This document shows positions 53,301 to 64,000 of a stretch of 64,000 nucleotides of DNA, one piece after another. The notes beneath the pieces were generated by a model. It saw only the letters and a list, made by a program, of their open reading frames with translations, searched no databases and was not told the DNA's origin. A program made the translations under genes and the position numbers. How positions within the stretch are numbered: position 1 is the stretch's first letter; the number at the start of each line of letters is the position of its first letter. Source of the stretch: the human T2T-CHM13v2.0 reference genome, Homo sapiens; NCBI RefSeq assembly GCF_009914755.1, contig NC_060933.1; one strand, written 5' to 3'.

Positions 53301-56119
53301 AGAATGGAATGGAACGAATTGTAATGGAATGGAATTGAATGGAATGGAATGGAATGGAATGGAATCAACGCGAGTGCAGGGGAATGTAATGGAACGGAAT
53401 GCAATGGAATGGAATCATCCGGAATGGAATGGAATGGAATGGAATGGAATGGAATCAACCCGAGTGCAATGGAATGGAGTGGAATGGAATGGAATGGAAT
53501 GGAACAACCCGAATGGAATGGAATGTAATGGAGAGTAAGGGAGTTGAGTAGAATCAATCAGAATGTAATGGAATGGAATGCAACGGAATGGAATGGAATG
53601 GAATGCAATGGAATGGAATCAACCCGAGTACAATGGAATGGAATGGGATGGAATGGAATGCCTTCAAACCGAATGGAATGGAAAGGAATGGAATCAACAC
53701 GAGTGGAATGGAATGGAATGGAATGGAATGGAATGGAATGGAATGATACGGAATAGGATGGAATGGAACGAAATGGAATGGAATGAAATGGAATGGAATG
53801 GAATGGAATGGAATGGAATCAACCCGAGTGCAGGGGAATGGAATGGAGTTGAAAGCAATGGAATGGAATCATCCGGAATTGAATGGAATGGAATGGAATC
53901 AACTCGATTGCAATGGAATGGAATGGAATGGAATGGAATGGAATGGAATGGAATGGAATGGAATGGAATGGAATGGAATTAAACCGAATAGAATGGAATG
54001 GAATGGAATGGAAGTAAATGGAATGGAAGGTAATGAACCCGAGTGCAGGACAATGGAATGGAATGGAATGGAATGCAATGGAATGGAGTCATCCGGAATG
54101 GAACGGAGAGGAACGGAATGGAACCAACCCGTGTGCAATGGAATGGAAAGGAATGGAATGGAATGGAATGGAATGGAATGGATTCAACCCGAATGGAATG
54201 GAAAGGAAGGGAATCAACCCAAGTGGAATGGCATGGAATGGAATGGATTGGAATGGAATGGAATGGAATGGTACCGAATAGAATGGAATGGAAGGAAATG
54301 GAATAGAATGGAATGGAATGGAATGCAATCAACCCGAGTGCAATGGAATGGAGTGGAATGGATTGGAATGGAATGGAAACAACCTGAATGGAATGGAATG
54401 AAATGGAGTGTAAGGGAATTGAATACAATCAATCCGAATGTAATGGAATGGAATGGAATGGAACGGAATGGAATGGAATGGAATGGAATGGAATGCAGTG
54501 GAATGGAATCAAACCTAGTGCAATGGAATAGAATGGAATGGAATGGAATGGAATGGAATGGAATGGAATGGATTCAACCCAAATGGAATGGAAAGCCATG
54601 GAGTCAACCCGAGTGGAATGGCATGGAATGGAATGGAATGGAATGGTACGGAATAGAATGCAATGGAACGAAATGGAATGGAATGGAATGGAATGGAATG
54701 GAATGGAATGGAATAGAATGCAATCATTCCGAGTGGAATAGAAGGGAATGAATTCGACTGGAATGGAAAGGAATGGAATCAACCAGAGTGGAATGGAAGG
54801 GAATGGAATGGAATGGAAACTAATAAAATGGAATCAAAACGAGTGGAATGGAATGGAAAGGACTTGAATGGAATGGAATGGAATGGAATGGAATGGAATG
54901 GAATGGAATCAACTCGATTGCTATGGAATATAAGGGAATGGAATGGAATGGAATTAACCCGAATAGAATGGAATGGAATGGAATGGAATGGAATGGAATC
55001 AACCTGAGTGCAGGGGAATGGAATGCAATGGAATGCAATGGAATGGAATGGAATGGAATGGAATGCGATGGAATCAACTAGATTGCAATGGAATGGAATG
55101 GAATGGAATGGAATGGAATGGAATGGAAGGGAATGGAATGGAATGGAATTAACCTGAACAGAATGGAATGGAATGGAATGGAATGGAATGGAATGGAATG
55201 GAACGGAATGGAATGGAATGGAATGGAATGGAATCAACCAGAGTGCAGGGGAATGGAATGGAATGGAATGCAATGGAATGGAATCATCCGGAATGGAATT
55301 GAATGGAATGGAATGCAATGGAATGGAATCAATCAACCCGAGTGCAATGCAATGGAGTGTAATGGAATCGAATGGAATGGAAACTACCCGAATGGAATGG
55401 AATGTAATGGAGTGTAAGGGAATTGAAAAGTATCAATCCGAATGTAATGGAATGGAATGGAACGGAATGAAATGGAATGGCATGGAATGGAATGGAATCA
55501 ACCCGAGTGCAATGGAATGGAATTGAACGGAATGGAATGGAAAGGAATGGATTCAACCCGAATGGAATGGAAAGGAATGTAATAAACCCGAGTGGAATGG
55601 CATGGAATGGAATGAAATGGAGTGGAATGGAATGGAATGGAATGGAATGGTACGGAATAGAATGGAATGGAACGAAATGGAATAGAATGGAATGGAATGG
55701 AATGGAATGAAACCGTGTGCAATGGAATGGAATGGAATGGAATGGAATGGAATGGAATGGAATGGGTTCGACTCGAATGGAATGGAATGGAATGGAATCA
55801 ACCCGAGTGGAATGGCATGGAATGGAATGGAATGGAATGGAATGGAATGGAATGGAAAGGAATGGAAACAACACGAGTGCAATGTAATGGAATCGAATGG
55901 AATGGAATGGAATGGAATGGAATGGATTCAACCCGAATGGAATGGAAAGGAATGGAATAAACCCGAGTGGAATGGCATGGAATGGAGTCTAATGGAATGG
56001 AATGGAATGGAATGGTATGGAATAGAATGGAATGGAACGAAATGGAATGGAATGGAATGGAAAGGAATGGAATGGAATGAAATGAACCCGTGTGCAATGG
56101 AATGGAATGGAATGGAATG

Positions 56120-56430
56120 GAATGGAATGGAATGGAATGGAATGGGTTCAACTCGAATGGAATGGAAAGGAATGGAATCAACCCGAGTAGAATGGCATGG
56201 AATGGAATGGAATGGAATGGAATGGAATGGAATGGTACGGAATAGAATGGAATGGAGCGAAATGGAATGGAATGGAATGGAATGGAATGGAATGGGTTCA
56301 ACTCGAATGGAATGGAAAGGAATGGAATCAACCCGAGTAGAATGGCATGGAATGGAATGGAATGGAATGGAATGGAATGGAATGGTACGGAATAGAATGG
56401 AATGGAGCGAAATGGAATGGAATGGAATGG
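56120..56430. repeat. 150-bp tandem duplication private to copy 2 of the 9.5-kb repeat
   Basis: gggttcaactcg...aacccgagtagaatggc...ggagcgaaat occurs at 56144 and 56294, but only once at the homologous sites ~44491 and ~46795. Confidence 0.88.
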
Positions 56431-59400
56431 AATGGAATGGAATGGAGTGGAATGAAATCGTGTGCAATGGAATGGAATGGAATGGAATGGAATGGAATGG
56501 AATGGAATGGAGTAGAATGGAATGGAATGGAATGGAGTGGAATGGAATGGAATGGGTTCAACTCGAATGGAATGGAAAGGAATGGAATCAACCCGAGTGG
56601 AGTGTCATGGAATGGAATGGAATAGGATGGAATGGAATGGAATGGAATCATCCCGAGTGCAATGTAATGGAATCGAAAGGAATGGAATGGAATGGAATGG
56701 AATGGATTCAACCCGAATGGAATGAAAAGAAATGGAATAACCCCGAGTGGAATGGCATGGAATGGAGTGGAATTGAATGGAATGGAATGGTACAGAATAG
56801 AATGGAATGGAACGAAATGGAATGGAATAGAATGGAATGGAATGGAATGGAATGGAATGGAATGGAATGAACCCGTGTGCAATGGAATGGAATGGAATGG
56901 AATGGAATGGAATGGAATGGAATGGATTCAACTCGAATGGAATGGAAGGGAAAGGAATCAACCCGAGTGGAATGGCATGGAATGGAGTGGAATGGAATGC
57001 AATGGAATGGAATGGAATAGAATGGAATGGAATGGAATGGTACAGAATAAAATGGAATGGAACGAAATGGAATGGAATGAAATGGAATGGAATGGAATGG
57101 AATGGAATGGAACGGAATGGAATGGTATGGAATGGAATGGAATGGAATGGAATGGTACGGAATATAATGGAATGGAACGAAATGGAATGGAATGAAATGG
57201 AATGGAATGGAATGTAATCAACCCGAGTGCAGGGGAATGGAATGGAATTGAAGGCAATGGAATGGAATCATCCGGAATTGAATGGAATGGAATGGAATCA
57301 ACTCGATTGCAATGGAATGGAATGGAATGGAATGTAATGGAATGGAATGGAATGGAATTAACCCGAATAGAATGGAATGGAATGGAATGGAATGGAATGG
57401 AATGGAATGGAATGGAATGGAATCGTTCCGAGTGGAATAGGAGGGAATGTATTCGAGTGGAATGGAAAGGAATGGAATCAACCAGATTGGAATGGAAGGG
57501 AATGGAATGGAATGGAAACTAATAGAATGGAATCAACACGAGTGGAATGGAATGGAAAGGACTGGAATGGAATTGAATGGAATGGAATTGAATGGAATCA
57601 ACTACATTGTAATGGAATGGAATGGAATAGAATGGAATGGAATTAACCCGAATACAATGGAATGGACTAGAATGGAACGGAATGGAGTGGAATGGAATGG
57701 AATCAACCCGAAGTGCAGGGGAATGGAATGGAATGGAATGCAATGGAATGGAATCATCCGGAATGGAATGGAATGGAATGGAATGCAAATCAATGGAATC
57801 AACTCGATTGCAATGGAATGGAATGGAATGGAAAGGAATAGAACGGATTCAACCCGAGTGTAATGGAATGGAAAGGACTGGAATGGAGTGGAATGGAATG
57901 GAATGGAATGGAATGGAATCAACTCGATTGGAATGGAATGGAATGGAATGGAAAGGAATGGAATGGAATTAACCCGAATAGAATGGAATGGAATGGAATG
58001 GAACGGAATGGAATGGAATGGAATGGAATGGAATCAACCCGACTGCAGGGGAATGGAATGGAATGGAATGCAATAGAATGGAATCATCCGGAACGGAATG
58101 GAATGGAATGGAATGGAATCAACTCGATTGCAATCGAATGGAATGGAATGGAATTAACCCGAATAGAATGGAATGGAATGGAATGGAACGGAACGGAATG
58201 GAATGGAATGAAATGGAACGGAAAGGAACGGAATGGAATGGAATGGAATGGAATGGAATGGAATCAACGCGAGTGCAGGGGAATGGAATGGAATGGAATG
58301 CAATGGAATGGAATCTTCCGGAATGGAATGGAATGGAATGGAATGGAATGAAATGCAATGGATTCAACTCGATTGCAATGGAATGGAATGGAATGGAATG
58401 GAATGGAATGAAATGCAATGGATTCAACTCGATTGCAATGGAATGGAATAGATTGGAATGGAATGGAATGGAATTAACCCGAATAGAATGGAATGGAATG
58501 GAATGGAACGGAATGGAAGGGAATGGAATGGAATGGAATGGAATGGAATGGAATGGAATGGAATCAACGCGAGTGCAGGGGAATGTAATGGAACGGAATG
58601 CAATGGAATGGAATGGAATGGAAAGGAATACATTGGAATCAACCCGAGTGGAATGGAATGGAAAGGACTGGAATGGAGTGGAATGGAATGGAATGGAATG
58701 GAATGGAATCAACTCGATTGGAATGGAATGGAATGGAATGGTACGGAATAGAATGGAATGGAACGAATTGTAATGGAATGAAATTGAATGGAATGGAATG
58801 GAATGGAATGGAATCAACGCGAGTGCAGGGGAATGTAATGGAACGGAATGCAATGGAATGGAATCATCCGGAATGGAATGGAATGGAATGGAATGGAATG
58901 GAATCAACCCGAGTGCAATGGAATGGAGTGTAATGGAATGGAATGGAATGGAACAACCCGAATGGAATGGAATGTAATGGAGAGTAAGGGAGTTGAATAG
59001 AATCAATCCGAATGTAATGGAATGGAATGCAACGGAATGGAATGGAATGGAATGGAATGGAATGCAATGGAATGGAATCAACCGGAGTACAATGGAATGG
59101 AATGGAATGGAATGGAATGGAATGGAATGGAATGATACGGAATAGAATGGAATGGAACGAAATGGTATGGAATGGAATAGAATGCAATGGAATGGAATGG
59201 AATTGTTCCGAGGGAATAGGAGGGAATGTATTCGAGTGGAATGGAAAGGAATGGAATCAACCAGAGTGGAATGGAAGGGAATGGAATGGAATGGAAACTA
59301 ATAGAATGGAATCAACCCGAGTGGAATGGAATGGAAAGGACTGGAATGGAATGGAATGGAATGGAATGGAATGGAATGGAATGGAATTAACCCGAATACA

Positions 59401-62400
59401 ATGGAATGGAATGGAATGGAACGGAATGGAGTGGAATGGAATGGAATCAACCCGAGGGCAGGGGAATGGAATGGAATGGAATGCAATGGAATGCAATCAT
59501 CCGGAATGGAATGGAATAGAATGGAATGCAAAGCAATGGAATCAACTCGATTGCAATGGAATGGAATGGAATGGAAAGGAATACATTGGAATCAACCCGA
59601 GTGGAATGGAATGGAAAGGACTGGAATGGAGTGGAATGGAATGGAATGGAATGGAATGGAATCAACTCGATTGGAATGGAATGGAATGGAATGGAATGGA
59701 ATGGAATGGAATGGAATGGAATGGAATTAACCCGAGTAGAATGGAATGGAATGGAATGGAACGGAACGGAACGGAACGGAACGGAATGGAATGGAATGGA
59801 ACAGAACGGAACGGAATGGAATGGAATGGAAAGGAATCAACGCGAGTGCAGGGGAATGAAATGGAATGGAATGAAATGGAATGGAATCTGCCAGAATGGA
59901 ATGGAATGGAATGGAATAGAATGGAATGGAATGGAATGGAATGGAATCAACCCGAGTACAGGGGAATGGAATGGAATGTAATGCAATGGAATGGAATCAT
60001 CCGTAATGGAATGGAAAGGAATGGAATGGAATGGAATGGAATGGAATGCAATGGATTCAACTCGATTGCAATGAAATGGAATAGAATGGAATGGAATGGA
60101 ATGGAATGGAATGGAATGGAATTAACCCGAATAGAATGGAATGGAATGGTATGGAACGGAACGGAACGGAACGGAACCGAATTGAATGGAATGGAATGGA
60201 ATGGAATGGAATGGAATGGAATGGAATTGTATGGAAGGGAATGGAATGGTACAGAATAGAATGGAATGGAAAGAATTGGAATGGAATGGAATCGAATGGA
60301 ATGGAATGGAATGGAATGGAATGGAATGGAATGGAATGGAATGGAACCAACCCCAGTGCAATGGAATGGATTGGAATGGAATGGAATGGAATGGAACAAC
60401 CCGAATGGAATGGAATGTAATGGAGAGTAAGGGAGTTGAATAGAATCAATCCGAATGTAATGGAATGGAATGGAATGGAACGGAATGGAATGGAATGGAA
60501 TTGAATGGAATGCAATGGAATGGAATCAACCCGAGTACAATGGAATGGAATGGAAAGGAATGGAATGGAATGGAATGGAATGGAATGGAATGGAATGGAA
60601 TGGAATCAACCCGAGTGCAATGGAATAGAGAGGAAAGGAATGGAATGGAATGGAAACTACCCGAATGGCATGGAATGTAATGAAGTGTAAGGGAATTGAA
60701 TAGAATCAATCCGAATGGCATGGAATGTAATGGAACGGAATGTAATGTAATGGACTGGAATGGAATCAACCCGAGTGCAGGGGAATGGAATGGAATGGAA
60801 TGCAATGGAATGGAATCATCCGGAATGGAATGGAATGGAATGGAAAGGAATCAACCCGAGTGCAAAGGAATGGAGTGAAATGGAATGGAATGGAATGGAA
60901 ACAACCAGAATGGATTGGAATATAATGGAGTGTAAGGGAATTGAATAGAATCAATCTGAATGTAATGAAATGGAATGGAACGGAATGGAATGGAATGGAA
61001 TGGAATGGAATGGAATGGAATGCAATGGAATGGAATCAACCCGAGTGCAATCGAATGGAATCGAATGGAATGGAATGCAATGGAATGGATTGAACTTGAA
61101 TGGAAAGGAAAGAATGGAATCAACACGAGTGGAATGGCATGGATTGGAATGGAATGGAATGGAATCAACCCGAGTACAGGAGAATGGAATGGAATGGAAT
61201 GCAATGGAATAGAATCATCCGTAATGGAATGGAAAGGAATGGAATGGAATGGAATGGAATGGAATCAACTCGATTGCAATCGAATGGAATGGAATGGAAT
61301 TAACGCGAATAGAATGGAATGGAATGGAATGGAACGGAACGGAATGGAATGGAATGGAACGGAAAGGAATGGAATGGAATGGAATGGAATGGAATGGAAT
61401 GGAATGGAATGGAATGGAATCAACGCGAGTGCAGGGGAATGGAATGGAATCGAATGGAAAGGAATGGAATGGAATGGAATCAACCCGAGTGCAGGGGAAT
61501 GTAATGGAACGGAATGCAACGGAATGGAATCATCCGGAATGGAATGGAATGGAATGGAATGCAAAGCAATGGAATCAACTCGATTGCAATGGAATGGAAT
61601 GGAATGGAAAGGAATAGAATGGAATCAACCCGAGTGTAATGGAATGGAAAGGACTGGAATGGAGTGGAATGGAATGGAATGGAATGGAATGGAATGGAAT
61701 CAACTCGATTGGAATGGAATGGAATGGAATGGAATGGAATGGAATTAACCCGAATAGAATGGAATGGAATGGAATGGAACGGAATGGAATGGAATGGAAT
61801 GGAATGGAATGGAATGGAATGGAATCATCCGGAACGGAATGGAATGGAATGGAATGGAATCAACTCGATTGCAATGGAATGGAAGGGAATGGAAAGGAAT
61901 CGAATGTAATGGAATGGAATTAACCGGAATAGAATGGAATGGAATGGAATGCAACGGAATGGAATGGAATGGAATGGAATGGAATGGAATGGAATGGAAT
62001 CAACCCGAGTGCAGGGGAATGGAATGGAATGGAATGCAATAGAATGGAATCATCCGGAATGGAATGGAATGGAATGGAATGCCATCAACCTGATGCAATG
62101 GAATGGAGTGGAGTGGAATGGAATGGAATGTAAACTACCCGAATGGAATGGAATGTAATGGAGTGTAAGGGAATTGAATAGTATCAATCCGAATGTAATG
62201 GAATGGAATGGAACGGAATGGAATGGAATGGAATGGAATGGAATGGAATGGAATCGTTCCGAGTGGAATAGGAGAGAATGTATTCGAGTGGAATGGAAAG
62301 GAATGGAATCAACCAGAGTGGAATGGAAGGGAATGGAATGGAATGGAAACTAATAGATTAGATTGGAATCAACCCGAGTGGAATGGAATGGAAAGGACTG

Positions 62401-64000
62401 AAATGGAATGGAATGGAATGGAATGGAATCAACTCGATTGCAATGGAATGGAATGGAATGGAATGGAACGGAATGGAATGGAATTAACCCGAATACAATG
62501 GAATGGAATGGAATGGAATGGAATGGAACGGAATGGAGTGGAATGGAATGGATTCAACCCGAGTGCACGGGAATGGAATGGAATGGAATGCAATGGAATG
62601 GAAACATCCGGAATGGAATGGAATGGAATGGAATGCAAAGCAATGGAATCAACTCGATTGCAATGGAAAAGAATGGAATGGAAAGGAATAGAATGGAATC
62701 AACCTGATTGGAATGGAATGGAAAGGACTGGAATGGAGTGGAATGGAATGGAATGGAATGGAATGGAATGCAATGGAATGGTATGGAATGGAATGGAATG
62801 GTACGGAATAGAATGGAATGGAACGAATTGTAATGGAATGGAATTGAATGGAATGGAATGGAATGGAATGGAATCAACGCGAGTGCAGGGGAATGTAATG
62901 GAACGGAATGCAATGGAATGGAATCATCCGGAATGGAATGGAATGGAATGGAATGGAATGGAATGGAATCAACCCGAGTGCAATGGAATGGAGTGGAATG
63001 GAATGGAATGGAATGGAACAACCCGAATGGAATGGAATGTAATGGAGAGTAAGGGAGTTGAGTAGAATCAATCAGAATGTAATGGAATGGAATGCAACGG
63101 AATGGAATGGAATGGAATGCAATGGAATGGAATCAACCCGAGTACAATGGAATGGAATGGGATGGAATGGAATGCCTTCAAACCGAATGGAATGGAAAGG
63201 AATGGAATCAACACGAGTGGAATGGAATGGAATGGAATGGAATGGAATGGAATGGAATGATACGGAATAGGATGGAATGGAACGAAATGGAATGGAATGG
63301 AATGGACTGGAATGGAATGGAATGGAATGGAATCGTTCCGAGTGGAAAAAGGAGGGAAAGTATTCGAGTGGAATGGAAAGGAATGGAATCAACCAGAGTG
63401 GAATGGAAGGGAATGGAATGGAATGGAAACTAATAGAATGGAATCAACCCTAGTGGAATGGAATGGAAAGGACTGGAATGGAAAGGAATGGAATGGAATG
63501 GAATGGAATGGAATGGAATGGAATGGAATCAACGCGAGTGCAGGAGAATGGAATGGAATCGAATGGAATGGAATGGAATGGAATCAACCCGAGTGCAGGG
63601 GAATGTAATGGAACGGAATGCAATGGAAAGGAATCATCCGGAATGGAATGGAATGGAATGGAATGGAATAAACCCGAGTGCAATGGAATGGAGTGGAATG
63701 GAATGGAATGGAATGGAACAACCTGAATGGAATGGAATGTAATGGAGAGTAAGGGAGTTGAAAAGAATCAATCCGAATGTAATGGAATGGAATGGAACGG
63801 AATGGAATGGAATGGAATGGAATGGAATGGAATGCAATGGAAAGGAATCAACCCGAGTACAATGGAATGGAATGGAATGGAATGGAACGGAATGGAATGG
63901 AATGGAATGGAATGGAATGGAATCTTCCGTAATGGAATGGAATGGAATGGAATGGAATGCAATGGATTCAACTCGATTGCAATGGAATGGAATAGAATGG

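Larger units (their letters stand above)
42170..63290. repeat. Large tandem duplication / nascent higher-order repeat: copy 1 ~42170-53765 (11.6 kb including an internal duplication), copy 2 ~53765-63290 (9.5 kb)
   Basis: Identical or near-identical ORFs recur at offsets 11643-11648 (42331/53979, 43834/55477) and 9489-9514 (47953/57447, 50942/60446, 53544/63058). Shared private variants include aacccgaagtgcagg (48211/57705), gccatcaacctgatg (52567/62081) and ctaatagattagattgg (52841/62350). Confidence 0.92.
9097..64000 (-). repeat. HSat3 (satellite III) array in opposite orientation (GAATG strand on +)
   Basis: Continuous diverged (GGAAT)n with CAACCCGAGT, CAACTCGATT, TTAACCCGAAT and CATCCGG motifs to the end of the window. 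I saw no further orientation switch. Confidence 0.97.

Noticed and set aside
64-63971. Hundreds of ORFs of 60-495 aa (MEWNG and IPFHS repeats)
   Set aside because: They are an arithmetic consequence of a stop-free pentamer (15-nt, 5-aa period). They overlap in all six frames with no domain content or gene structure.
1-64000. CRISPR-like repeat/spacer reading of decamers separated by pentamer runs
   Set aside because: The 'spacers' are themselves GGAAT repeats of variable length, not unique sequence. There are no cas genes or leader, and the context is eukaryotic satellite.
1-64000. Assignment to HSat2, DYZ1 or a specific chromosome (e.g. 9q12)
   Set aside because: There is no CATTCGATTC dominance and no regular ~3.5-kb period. 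Chr9 is plausible given the inversion and decamer, but chromosome and species cannot be fixed without a search.
9097-64000. G-quadruplex or telomere-like array
   Set aside because: Mostly GG dinucleotides with isolated GGG/GGGG, no clustered four G3 tracts seen, and no TTAGGG repeats.

Overview
The whole 64-kb window is primate pericentromeric classical satellite III (HSat3; human or great ape): a diverged (CATTC/GAATG)n pentamer array punctuated by the Sat III decamer CAACCCGAGT/ACTCGGGTTG and related motifs. I see no unique sequence, gene, RNA gene, transposon or CRISPR array. Every ORF in the track is a poly-MEWNG or poly-IPFHS artefact of a stop-free 5-bp repeat. The real content is structural. 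(i) There is one clean strand inversion at ~9095-9096, with CATTC on + to the left and GAATG on + to the right. (ii) An ~0.9-kb local inverted repeat flanks the breakpoint, and the left arm mirrors 47.9-53.8 kb and 57.4-64 kb at long range. (iii) Two HSat3 motif dialects alternate in blocks (my labels A and B). (iv) Tandem duplications are nested at about 60-220 bp, 0.8, 1.2, 1.97, 2.3, 2.6-2.7 and 9.5 kb. (v) About 21 perfect nGAAnnTTCnnGAAn heat-shock elements occur, all in dialect A. I cannot support a new gene-based biological system here; the most functional lead is the dialect-restricted HSE. All coordinates and counts were read by eye or taken from offsets between identical ORF-track entries, and block boundaries are approximate.
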